From positions 2,046,001 to 2,110,000 of the forward strand of contig OZ037835.1 in NCBI GenBank assembly GCA_964035575.1: a stretch of 64,000 nucleotides of DNA, written 5' to 3'. Source of the stretch: Rhynchopus sp. YZ270_cl-10 (taxonomy: Eukaryota). Below, piece by piece: positions 50,293 to 61,621 of this stretch; the first letter of the stretch is position 1; each line of letters begins with the position of its first letter. A model generated the notes under the pieces. It was not told the origin of the DNA, ran no database searches, and saw only the letters and a program-made list of their open reading frames with translations. The position numbers and the translations under genes were made by a program.

Positions 50293-50939
50293 TCGGTGTG
50301 ACTGAGTGTGGAGATGCGTTCAAGAATTAAACTGCTCCCCCAAACCCCCTTTTTCGTCTTTGTTTTCTTTATCCAAACGGCAAATGGATGCGTAAATATT
50401 TTATAGGTCAAAAGCAGGTGACAGGGTAAATGCTACGGTCGCTCTAACTGTTTTCACCCTCACCTGTGCTCCTCCCTTCTCACACATCACTTTCTGACTT
50501 CAGGACTTTCCTTTTCTTAACTTTCTATTTGGCTCTGTTTTTGTAAACATATCAGTTTTCAAAACGAGAAAATATAATACAAAACAAAGCTCAAATAGAA
50601 GAAGAAAAATAACTGGAAATATAGTAAAAAGAGCATTGCAACAGTCCTGAGTGTGTGTGGAAGGGTTGAAGCGTACAACTAACAAACTCTCCCCCTGTTT
50701 CGTTTCCCGTTTTTCCTGTGTGAGCGAAGATGGTTATTGACACCGTAGTATTTTCGTTTCGCGCTCACGCAGTATATATTTTTTTTTTATCAGGAGCTTT
50801 TCTTGGAACTGTTTTATTCTCCTCACCCAACAACAACATCACATTCAGAAAAACACTGTTTTTTCGTTTTTATTCGCTTTCTTTTCTTCTTCCTCACACT
50901 TTGTTACTGTGAAGAAATATCTTTTCGTTTCCCTGGTCT

Positions 50940-51110
50940 CATACTGCGAGTTTTCCTGGATGCGCAGGAAAAATGACTGGGGAGTGTTGGTGGCTCCGTG
51001 ACGCCACAGAGCCGGCACACTCGTTGAGTGCCTCACAAAACCTAAAATACTTATTTGCTTTTATCATTTGTCTTCACGCTTTATCGTTGTTGTTGGGGTG
51101 GGAAATAAAA
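50940..51110. repeat. ~170-bp dispersed repeat with three consecutive hairpins; second copy at 63460-63635
   Basis: ~110-nt core differs between the copies at one loop position. Confidence 0.8.
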
Positions 51111-52490
51111 TCGTGAACTCATAGTATTTGACATACAACATGCTCGAAACCCTCGTGAAAAGTCGCGCGTTCTGCGTATCCCCCTCCCCGCCTGTTACCC
51201 CCCTCTTTCTTTTCTCCCCTGTGCTCTGCGATACTTTCTGTACTTCAGGCAAACACATCCATACCGTAAATCAAGTCCACACCCACGAGGCGAGCGTTTT
51301 GGCAGGCGCTTGTAAGGACAGCCAAAAGACTTGCATCTGAATCAGAAGTGGTGTGGAAGTGAACAACACATAACCTTTATTTTCCCCCCACCCGTTTATA
51401 GTCTTTTTGAGCAACAAGCAAAGAGAAACGATTCTCTCGAGCATTTTGATATCAGTACTGACGCTCAGTAAAGAGTTGGTCACGTAGACATAAAAATTTT
51501 AAAAAGGAAAAAAATGTCTGAAAAATATGCCGGTCATATTTGACCGGTATTGGGTGGGTGGGGTAGGGGATATGCGGAAGCGCCCCCTTTTCTCCACAGA
51601 AGTGACAGACGTCACTTCACGCCTTCAAAGATTGGTCGGACCCTCACTGAGGTCGAACGGCTGCCGCCTTGCGATACGCAGCGCTGCACAGCTTCCTGCT
51701 GACCTCGGCAGAGACCTGACCAATTCCCCCGTTTCCCCCTCCCTCCCTCCCTCCCACTCCCTTTATTCCCCTATTCTTACGTTTTTGTATTTTGGGGCTA
51801 TTTATCCTTTGTTCACATAGCCTAGATTCGGACCTATTTTTTCAGACCGACAGTGTGCATCCGGGTCGTGCTAGACTTCATCAACAGCTCTGGTCCTAGG
51901 AGGTCCTCAGTGTCGTCAGCAACGTCCCCTTATCTTCCTAATAGACTCCCCCCTTACCCCCCTCCACCCCAGCGCCAAATCAGCGTGGCATTCCTCCCTT
52001 ATCATTCCCCCATCAGGTGCGCTCAGCACCAAACCCCCCTGTGTGTCTTCCCTGAGTGTGTAAGGGCGTTTGCAAACCCTTTCTACCTGGTGTTTCGTGT
52101 GCCCAGGCTGTCAGCCCAGAGTCGAAAAGGCTCTGCCACATCGTGGGGTGAGGTGTGCGGGCTGTGTCCCTATCCGCGTGTTTTCCTCTCCCCCTTTCTT
52201 CTGCCGATTACTAAACAAGGACAGTCTCAGAGCTGTGACCGACAAACAACTTTTCTAAATGGTAAGTACTACCAGGGTGTCCAGCACTCATGTAAGACTT
52301 CCATGGGGAGATATGTTTCATAAACGCTCTGAAGGGTTCAGGACGACTGACGTCTATACCTTCCGTGGTACAAATGCTTCGGCCAATATTGAGTACAGAC
52401 CCTATTAGCCCCAAATGGGTTCTTAGGCGATTGTCGATAACAAAGAACAACTGGAAAATGCTGCACCTCTCCTAAAAATAATTTATTTAA

Positions 52491-53492
52491 CCCTTTAAGG
52501 ACCAGAGGGGACATATATGTCCACGCAACCACCTAAATTGGCTTCCACTAGGACTTTTTGAAGATTTTTTTTTTTAATGAGAAGATTTTGTGCGAAATCT
52601 TTCAAAAGACGCAAGATTCGATTTTTTTTGACGCTCTCATCCCCTCTCATGCACACCCGGCATTATCACATAATAGGGTATTTTGGGTCATTTTTTGGGA
52701 ATAATGTACCATTCTGACGCGCTTGAGTCATCAGAGGATTCAAACTTTGGTGTGCAGGGAACCATTTTGTACGGTCTTCAGAACGAAACTAAAATAATGG
52801 AAAATACCCGCGACTGGGCAAAGTAACACGCGTCGTTGCAGTTCCTGACCCTGAACTGGATGTGCCTCTTCTCCGTGTATTTATTGCATTTTGTCTTTTG
52901 AGGGACATTGTACAGAAAATCTATATCAACACGGTCAAGGTACAGAGACACTGGCAGGAGGGTGTTGGTCGACAACTTCTTCTTGCTTGGGAAACAGGCG
53001 TCTGAAAACAGATTACATGTGCGGGGGATGCGGCGTTCACCTTTGTTCAGCACCATGCCAAGTTGGCCAAAAGTCCCAAAAGCCCCAACTTTTGTACTGT
53101 CCAACCTCTGTACAATTACGGTATATGTAGTTGGTTGGTACCTTCTCTCCATGCAGTGAGACATTATCTACTAGGACTTTTTGATCGATTTTTTTTTCTT
53201 TTGAAAGATTTTGAACCGATCTTTCAAATGAAGCCATTTTCGAAAACCGAAAAAACAGGTGCGCAGCCGGAATAATTTTTTCTTCAAAAATTTCAGAAAA
53301 AAATATCAGCTCCCCTCAATTTTCCATTTTCCATTTTTCTCATTTTATTTCGATTTCTGCTCCATTTGAAAGATCTGCTCAAAATCTTTCAATTGCGGCC
53401 AGGTACGATCAAAAATATGCATCGGATCTCATTTTACCTATGGGAGAGAAGATCCTAGCAAATCGAAAAAACCGGTCGTGGTCCATAAAGGG
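52491..53492 (+). mobile_element. Non-autonomous piggyBac element
   Basis: TTAA|CCCTTTAAGGACCA ... TGGTCCATAAAGGG|TTAA; cysteine-rich domain remnant RLKTDYMCGGCGVHLCSAPC. Confidence 0.88.
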
Positions 53493-55124
53493 TTAAAGCA
53501 AAAAAGACAGCCTTCTACAGCCCAGTGGAAGTGACACCTCAGCAGGGTGCTAGCCGTGAAGGTTGCAAAGGTTACGATGTTGTATTAAAGCAGAAAAGAA
53601 GACTTTTCCCTACGGTTTCCTTGAGAGAGTGAAAAACCCACCATTTTTTCCAACAAAAAAAGCGGACTTTTTTTTCCTGAGAACAGTAAAAAAGGCACCC
53701 TCCCCCCACTATGTGTATCGTAGCATGTTTGTAGTTGTGGTGCGTTCACGAACACCAAATAGTTATTCTCTTTTGGTCAAGGTGACTGGGCACGAGAGGA
53801 TCAGGATTCAACTTCACTCACATATGCTTCACACTTTGTCAATCACTCAAACCCCCTCACCACCACCACCACCATCAACAGGCAGTTGACCAGGGCACTC
53901 ACCCACCTTTGACCCCGCTTGATCCCCTACACACCACATCTTCACACACCCCACCACTATGCGAGACTCTCTCCAGGAAGAAGATGAACCGTGACGGACG
54001 CCCGATGATAGCGTCGCCGGCGAACTGCTGCAAGAAGGGTCACCACGCACGCGAGTCAGACGCGTCTCGTGTTCCGATAACGATGGTGTGCACGTGGTGC
54101 CATTCTCATAAATAGTTCGCTAGTCGGTGAAATGTGGGGGGTGGGTCACGTTGACAAGTTTATGTGAGAGGCTCTCTCCACTCGTTGATACGACCACTGT
54201 CACCTCCTGCACGTGCACTTCACCTGGGGGCCCTAGAGAGAGAGAGTGTGGTGGGACGGGAAGTGTTCGACATGAAGTTGTTCTTGAGCGCTTGAGGGCC
54301 GAACGGACTACAGATCAGAGGGGTGTGCGGAAGAAGCTGGACATTGATGGCAGAGAAGGTGGCAGCAGCCCATTCAGAGGACGCACCAGGCTAGCTGGGG
54401 TGGACATGTTTGCAAAGGACAATGCAGTGGATGCGTGCATCGCCCTCATCGTGCTTGAATCCCCGTCCATGAAGGTTGTGCACAAAGTACCGAAATGGTG
54501 TCCTTGGGTTTGCCGTAGCTTTCAGGGTTTCTCTTGCATGGGTACGGTGTGCTGCACCCGAGCGGGTTTGGAAGTGCGTCGCATATAGGTGGGGTGTGTG
54601 ACCCGGCTTTGGCCGTACAAATAAAGACCCGCAATGTTTACTTCTTTCCTGCTCTCTTTTCTTTGCGGTAATATTTCAAAACTTAACATGACTTTTCGTT
54701 TGCACAAAAGTTATGATTGTCTCCATTCTTCTCTCCCTGTGTTTTCTTTCATTCCATTATTTTGTCATGAAAGTTTCAAAAAAGAAATAGAATAAAACAA
54801 AGAATTGCCAATACAAACATCACCCAGTTAGTTCATAGACAGATGGACTGATCAATGGCTGTGTCTTGCACCACTCCACTCCCACAACAGAAAACACACA
54901 AAACACGAATGGAACTCAACATCGAGGGGTTTGGTGGTCGGACGTACGTCGTCGATGTGGATGTGGATGACACAGCGAAGGACCTGCAGCAGAAGGTGGC
55001 AACTGCAGCGGGGTTTGCTGAAGACACCTTTGGCATGGACTTCGGAGGGAACGGCGAAGGAGAGGACATCAACATCACAGCGCTGAGTGCTGGCGACACA
55101 GTCGTGTTGACGCAGACGCAGAAG

Positions 55125-57636
55125 GCTGGCGTACGCTGACGACACCAACCTCCTGACGAAGACCCTCGACCAGCTGCGAGCGGGTGTCGCCTTCACCGGA
55201 CACTTTGCAGACTTGACGGGACAACGCGTCCACGCGGGGAAGAGCACGTGGCAGAGCAACCGTCCTGATGAAGAGGAAACTGTGCAGATGAACGGCGCGG
55301 ATCTTACTCGCGTCGAGAAGTCGGAGTGCCTGGGGGCGACGGTGCAGGCACGACAGGCTGGGACGCCCACGCTCCCGACGAAACTGGAAGGCACCATCGA
55401 CGCATGCGGACCGCTAGCAGGTAAGGTGGGATGCCTCCCGCTGACTCAAGGTGAGAAAGCAGGCATCATGCAAGCTGCAGTGATGTCGAAATCTGTGTAC
55501 GGTATCACGGTGCAGGACCCACCTGGGAAATACGTGAACAGTCTTGCAACTGCAGTGGAGAAAGGGGTCCACGGCGTGAACAAGATGAATCGGCGAAGCG
55601 TACCGGTCATGCTGAATGTCTTCGAGAAAGGTCATCTGCTCGACCCCTCGGTGGCATTCGACTACAGAAGGATCATGACGTGGGCGGCGATGATACGCAA
55701 ATCGGATGAGATCTGTTCGCTGGTCGAAAAGTGCAGGTTACGTGCGAAAGCGAAGCAGGCGAAGACTGGAGGACCCATCGGGTTGATTGCGCGAGCCCTC
55801 AGCCGCCTTGCGTGGTCGTGGATAGACACGACAAAGGTGAAAACGCACGATGGGAGCATCGTTGATGTGAAGACGGTAAGCTTGGGTAGACTGGGCCACG
55901 TTGTGCGAGAACGGATGTTCTTCATTCGACTCTCCCGTACGAAGACGACTGCGAAGGTCAATGGGAAAGGCAGAGCTAACCTGAAGGGTATCGAAGCGGG
56001 GGTGGATAAGGAGAAAACCCTTGCTCTCACCCGAAGCAAAACTTTGACGGACTACGAGGCGGGGACGCTGCGACACATTGTAGCTGACGGTGCGATAACG
56101 GGGGTGCGACTTGCGAGAGCGCGCATACGGGACTCGGCCATCTGCGTTCACTGCGAAGCGGGGGTGGACGAAAATCACAAACACTTGTGGTGGGAATGTG
56201 AAGCATGGAGTAGCATTCGTGCGGAGTACCCCTTGCTGTTGGACATTGACAGAACGACCTGGCCAAACTGTCTCGCTATCTGCGGCATGTGCACACCGGA
56301 CACACCTTTGGAATGCGCCCGTGTTGCAGACCTGCAGAAGATGATGGTGCGCATCCTCATCGCACGCTCCAAGTGGAGCAGACCGGAAGCGGCGAACCCG
56401 CGACTGCAAGAAGACCGATACCCGTGGACGTGGGCACCGGAGTTGGACACGACGACGCAACACGCGAACAGTTTGGTGGACTACACCCCCCTGAAAAGGA
56501 GGTGGCCGTATGGACGTGCTCTGCTGCTGGCGTTTGCCTCCTGGCTGGGTGGTTTACAATGGAGCGACGAAGCTGGACGTGAAGTCTCCCACATGGAGCT
56601 GCTCATCGACTTCGAGGTTGCCACAGGGATGGACATCCGACCTGGGGACAAGACCGGCAGAATAGCGCCGAAGCTGAAGCAGCCGAGGGCTGGGACTGGG
56701 GAAGAAGACAACAATGGGGGGGAAGACGACGGGAGTGGGGAAGACGACGATGATGACGACGTGGTGCCAGTAGCGCTGGCCCACAGAGAAATGGCGAAGA
56801 CGACCACCTTTGGGCATATGTTGGCTTCACTCAGAACCTTTTCGGAGAGCTCTCTCCATCCGGGGAAGGTGAAGGTAACGCATGTTCTCGCTTCGTTTGG
56901 GGCGAACGCCATCACAGGCATCGACCGCCGTCCTATCTTTGCCGGCGGAGAAGAAACGTTGAAGGCATTGCGTGCGCTATACGATGCTGGTGTGGCGTAC
57001 CGTCTGCAACGCAGCTCCGAAGGCATGTCTGAGGTGGAGCTCCGTGGTGGCGATAGAGCGAGAGGTACATGGATGGGGGAGTATTCTGCTGAGACGGCGT
57101 ACCCCTCCACAGAAGTTAGAGGCAGGAGGGCACTACCATTCATCCAGCGGGCTGAACAGGAGACATCTGCGCATGCTCGCTACCGGCACCATGAGCACGT
57201 GCGTCCAGGGGATGCACCCGTGAAGGCACCTGAAGGAGCGGTTCCGATCTTCCAGTTTGCGATATGTGTGCTGCACCGGAAGACGAAGTGTGATGCCTGC
57301 TCGAAGAACGCCCAGGCAGACCTGATGCATTGCTGCTTTGCGCACCACTCCAACGACGACGGGTTACCGATCCGACACGAAGCATGCACTAAGCATAGAC
57401 TCTCGAGGTGCGGGAACTGTGTGCAAGAGAAGAGTACGCTGGAGCACTGCTGCCGCCGCCACCACGACACCTCGAAGGGGCGACAGACGACGCTGGGAGG
57501 CTTCTTCAAGAATAAGCAGACGAAGCAGAAGGATGGGCACAGCAGGGGCGGTGATGGACTTATGTAACATCACCCCCACGATGTATTGTATCACCTATCT
57601 CGGATAGGGGTGCATGCATCGAAAACGGGCCCCCAC
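55125..57636 (+). mobile_element. 5'-truncated non-LTR retrotransposon with 19-bp TSD GTTGACGCAGACGCAGAAG
   Basis: TSD at 55106-55124 and 57637-57655; element begins at LAYADD. Confidence 0.92.
55126..57567 (+). CDS. Partial retrotransposon ORF: RT C-terminal half, CCHC zinc knuckle, C-terminal Cys/His modules and PIP box
   Basis: Uninterrupted frame from LAYADDTNLL; CVHCEAGVDENHKHLWWEC; QTTLGGFF. Confidence 0.85.
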   Translation: MAYADDTNLLTKTLDQLRAGVAFTGHFADLTGQRVHAGKSTWQSNRPDEEETVQMNGADLTRVEKSECLGATVQARQAGTPTLPTKLEGTIDACGPLAGKVGCLPLTQGEKAGIMQAAVMSKSVYGITVQDPPGKYVNSLATAVEKGVHGVNKMNRRSVPVMLNVFEKGHLLDPSVAFDYRRIMTWAAMIRKSDEICSLVEKCRLRAKAKQAKTGGPIGLIARALSRLAWSWIDTTKVKTHDGSIVDVKTVSLGRLGHVVRERMFFIRLSRTKTTAKVNGKGRANLKGIEAGVDKEKTLALTRSKTLTDYEAGTLRHIVADGAITGVRLARARIRDSAICVHCEAGVDENHKHLWWECEAWSSIRAEYPLLLDIDRTTWPNCLAICGMCTPDTPLECARVADLQKMMVRILIARSKWSRPEAANPRLQEDRYPWTWAPELDTTTQHANSLVDYTPLKRRWPYGRALLLAFASWLGGLQWSDEAGREVSHMELLIDFEVATGMDIRPGDKTGRIAPKLKQPRAGTGEEDNNGGEDDGSGEDDDDDDVVPVALAHREMAKTTTFGHMLASLRTFSESSLHPGKVKVTHVLASFGANAITGIDRRPIFAGGEETLKALRALYDAGVAYRLQRSSEGMSEVELRGGDRARGTWMGEYSAETAYPSTEVRGRRALPFIQRAEQETSAHARYRHHEHVRPGDAPVKAPEGAVPIFQFAICVLHRKTKCDACSKNAQADLMHCCFAHHSNDDGLPIRHEACTKHRLSRCGNCVQEKSTLEHCCRRHHDTSKGRQTTLGGFFKNKQTKQKDGHSRGGDGLM

Positions 57637-59943
57637 GTTGACGCAGACGCAGAAGCAAGAATCCCTTGCAGCTCTTCGTGCATTGGGTGAGACTGACCTC
57701 ACACCAGAGAGGCTTGCACGTGTGAAGGACCCCACGGTAGCGAAGTTGTTTCTGCAGGCAGAAGTTGTAACTGCGATTCCGGACAGGTTCCTCGCAAGCA
57801 CTAATTTACGTAGCCTTGATCTGAGTGCCCCGTTGGCTGTTACTGCGATTGATGACCGCTTCTTATATAAGTGTACGTCACTGGAATCAATCAACCTGTC
57901 TGGGTTGCACAACGTCACGACAATAGGTGCGCGCTTCCTGGAGGACTGCACTTCATTGCACACTTTCAACTCTTCAGGCTTGGGCAGGGTCACAAGCCTT
58001 GGGGACTACTTCTTATACGAATGCACGTCGTTAACCTCAATCAACTTTGCAGGATTGGGCAGCGTCACAACCCTTGGGCACAGCTTCTTATCACGTTGCA
58101 CAGGGTTAACCTCAGTAGACTTTGCAGGATTCAGGAGTGTCACAGATGTGCTTGGGTCAGGCTTCGTATCACATTGCACGGCGTTAACCTCCATCGACTT
58201 TGCAGGATTGAGCAGCGTCACAAGCCTTGGGACACTCTTCTTCAATTGTTGCGCATCGTTAACCTCCATCAACCTGTACGTCACTGGAATCAATCAACCT
58301 GTCTGGGTTGCACAACGTCACGACAATAGGTGCGCGCTTCCTGGAGGACTGCACTTCATTGCACACTTTCAACTCTTCAGGCTTGGGCAGGGTCACAAGC
58401 CTTGGGGACTACTTCTTATACGAATGCACGTCGTTAACCTCAATCAACTTTGCAGGATTGGGCAGCGTCACAACCCTTGGGCACAGCTTCTTATCACGTT
58501 GCACAGGGTTAACCTCAGTAGACTTTGCAGGATTCAGGAGTGTCACAGATGTGCTTGGGTCAGGCTTCGTATCACATTGCACGGCGTTAACCTCCATCGA
58601 CTTTGCAGGATTGAGCAGCGTCACAAGCCTTGGGACACTCTTCTTCAATTGTTGCGCATCGTTAACCTCCATCAACTTTGCAGGATTGGGCAGTGTCAGA
58701 AGCCCTGGGGACAGCTTCTTATCTGATTGCACTTCGTTAACCTCAATTGACTTTTCAGGCTTGAGCAGTGTCACAAGCCTCGGGAACTACTTCTTATCAC
58801 GTTGCAAGGCGTTAACCTCCATCAACTTTTCAGGATTCAGGAGTGTCACAATCCTTGGGGACAACTTCTTATCAGGTTGCACGTCGTTAACCTTCATCAA
58901 CTTTACAGGATTGGGAAGTGTGACAAGCCTTGGGCACAGCTTCTTAGCAGATTGCAAGGCGTTAACCTCCATCGACTTTGCAGGATTGAGTGGTGTGACA
59001 CGAATCGAGAAGAGATTTCTTAAAGGTTGCATTTCTTTGAAAACACGCAACCAGTACGCATACATGAAGTGGTATACATCAAGGAGGAAGCGGGCTGCGT
59101 GAGCCATCTTGTTCTTCCCCTTGCGAAGTGACTCAGCGAGAGACAGCGCTACATGCATATACATCCCAACAACTCCCCGACTCCTTATAACTTCATCCAC
59201 GACATCTCCACAGCGGTGTCACGTCACCGCAAAGGCTCGTCACCCCACAGGAGGACCAGCTGATGGTAAGACTGCTGTCGGCATCAGTTTTTTGGAGAAG
59301 GTCTTGGTTGGGATGAAGTTGATGGTGGCGGATCTGGACCAGATGAGATGTACCTTGCCTGTGTGACTTGGTTGTGTTGTGATGCCTGGGTTTTATTGCT
59401 TCTACTTGATTTTTTTGCCTTTATTGACGGCACTCTGGGTTTGGTGAGCGCCCAGGTGGGGCGTTCATCTATCAGCTCAGGTTGTCGTTCGTGGCGTTTC
59501 CTGACCCTCTTTAATTTTATCGGCGGCTCGTCCACCCCTTGCCTAGCTGCTACCGCTGTGGTCCCTTGGGCGGCAGGGATGGGTAGAAAAGTGGAATGTC
59601 TATATTCCCTAGTTTCGAGTGCGAAACGTTTCTCCATGTATTGCACGGGAAACAATATGACAAACAGGTGCAAGGTGGTTCCGTGCTTATCATAGAACCC
59701 GGCACCTTGTGTGTCTCCCAAAAACCAAAAAGCGTTGTGTGTGAAGTTTTGAAGGAAGGATAAATAAAGTGCCTTTTTTATTACTGCGCAATAAACGCTG
59801 CAGTCTTCGCTGTGGAAGACTGTGCGTAAGCATGTGTTTCTATGTTCATGTGTGTGTACTTTCACAGAACGTCATGCAAAACAGAACAACCCACGCCCCA
59901 GCTCCAATACTCCCCCTGCAGAGAACACAAAAGAAATAAAACA

Positions 59944-61101
59944 ATGGATGTGACCTTTGTGCTGGAAGAGTCGGGCGTGACTGCGACAGTGGAGGTGCCG
60001 TGCGAGGCGGACGTTGCAGCAGCAAAGGAGGTTGCGTGCACGGCGTTTGCTGTCTCGCCTGCGTCTGTCGAGATGCGCATCGGTACGAAGGTGCTGGAGG
60101 GGACGTGCCGTCTGCAGGACACTGCGTTTGATTCAGGGGTGCAGGTTGTGCTTGCCCGCCCTCGCTTTGCCGACATCAAGTGTCCTGCTGAGTACACTGA
60201 TTGTGCGGAATACTTTCAATCTGACTTGTCGTTGTCGTGTTGTGGAACGCTCTGCGTTTTTCAGAAATGGACTGGGCAGTTTGGTGGCTTTGACACAGAA
60301 ACCTTCAAGACAGTCTTCTCGTTCGCAACGGAACATGATGCGTGTGGCCCGCCTGCCATCTCACGGTGCAAGACACGCTGCTACGTGCCCTGTAGGAATC
60401 ACTTTCGCGAGGTGGCGCTTCCGGGTGGGGAGGTGCTCCGCAAAGTCGACGGCAATTGTACGTCGGTGTTCGCGTGTGGCGGTGTTGTTGTCTCAAAGGG
60501 AAAATACGGCGTCTCTGTGTATGACGAAGACCTGACGTTGCTCCGCTCTCTCTCACACGAAATGTGTGGCAAAGCAGCAGTGTCGGACTGTGGTGGGTGG
60601 GTGATCACCTCCTCCGATAAGGAGAGGAACGTACGTCTGTGGGATGTGAACACAGGTGAAGCTGTGGCATGTGTGCCTGCGGGGTGGCGGTGCGAAGGAG
60701 TGGCGCTTTCCCAGTCTGCCTCCGTCTTTGCTGTGGGTTACTCTGACTTGCGGGGGAGAAGCGTGCAGCTCTATGATTGGAGTGGCGCGGCTCTTGGCAG
60801 TATTGCTGTGGATGGGGGGCGGATTGTGGGCGGTATACAGTTCACCCCGTGTGGGACGTACGTTGTGGTGCAGATGGACGTTCGCGAGCCTACGGGAGAT
60901 AGTACCGATGGTGATGTGGATGACGATGATGCTGCTTACGGTGTGCACCAGTACGATGTTGCGACCATGTCGTGTGTGCATGTGATACAAGAAGATTGTG
61001 GGTCGTTTGAGATATCGCCGTGTTCGCGTGTGGTTGTAGCCACGAGAGATTGGGGAAGCAGTATTATAACAAGGCATCTGTACCCACACAACAGTGAGTG
61101 A
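59944..61101 (+). CDS. Ubiquitin-like domain plus WD40-like beta-propeller protein, paralogue 1
   Basis: ACAATG start; Ubl-like first ~70 aa (..VLEGTCRLQDTAFDSGVQVVL); AVSDCGGWVITSSD..NVRLWDVNTGEAV. Confidence 0.85.
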   Translation: MDVTFVLEESGVTATVEVPCEADVAAAKEVACTAFAVSPASVEMRIGTKVLEGTCRLQDTAFDSGVQVVLARPRFADIKCPAEYTDCAEYFQSDLSLSCCGTLCVFQKWTGQFGGFDTETFKTVFSFATEHDACGPPAISRCKTRCYVPCRNHFREVALPGGEVLRKVDGNCTSVFACGGVVVSKGKYGVSVYDEDLTLLRSLSHEMCGKAAVSDCGGWVITSSDKERNVRLWDVNTGEAVACVPAGWRCEGVALSQSASVFAVGYSDLRGRSVQLYDWSGAALGSIAVDGGRIVGGIQFTPCGTYVVVQMDVREPTGDSTDGDVDDDDAAYGVHQYDVATMSCVHVIQEDCGSFEISPCSRVVVATRDWGSSIITRHLYPHNSE

Positions 61102-61621
61102 TGTTTCGCGAGGGGAGGGAGGGTGGTGACTGTATTCAGATAGAAGGGGACCGCAGAGAGTATACCATCAACCGCATAGGCCACACCGTCATCTAGCTCA
61201 GGCGGACGGCTTTTACACAACACACAAAAGTGTTGTTGTTGTTGTTGTTGTGTCTTGTTTTTCATATTGGTATCGTTACTTGTTGACTCTTTCACGAGCC
61301 TGCATCCAAGCATGTGATCAGCTTCACTTTGTTTGTTGCTGAGGATTCCCCACTGTTTCGTTTGTGACCCTGCTCTTGTGGGTTGTTGTGAAGTGGAAAC
61401 ACAACCCTTCTGACAAGCGGTTATGTATCTCCCCTGTTCACCACAGTGTGGGCAAGCCATCAGGTTTCTTTTTCACATGTCCTGTGTGTTTGCAGGGTAT
61501 CTTTAAATTGCTTGCTTTGTCGTGTTGAAACCGTATTTAACCCTCCCTCCAACTTTCTTATTTGTCGTTGCGAAGTGACACCACCAACCATCACATCAAC
61601 CACAACAGATCCCTTAACAAC

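Larger units (their letters stand above)
54909..59102 (+). pseudogene. Second Ubl-LRR paralogue, disrupted by a retrotransposon and a frameshifting 403-bp tandem duplication
   Basis: 54626-55124 is near-identical to 46854-47352; coding resumes at 57656; 57872-58273 is repeated at 58275-58676. Confidence 0.88.

Noticed and set aside
47137..59102. Diversity-generating retroelement acting on the LRR genes
   Set aside because: The RT is LINE-type, 5'-truncated and bounded by a TSD; no template/variable repeat pair with adenine-specific differences is visible
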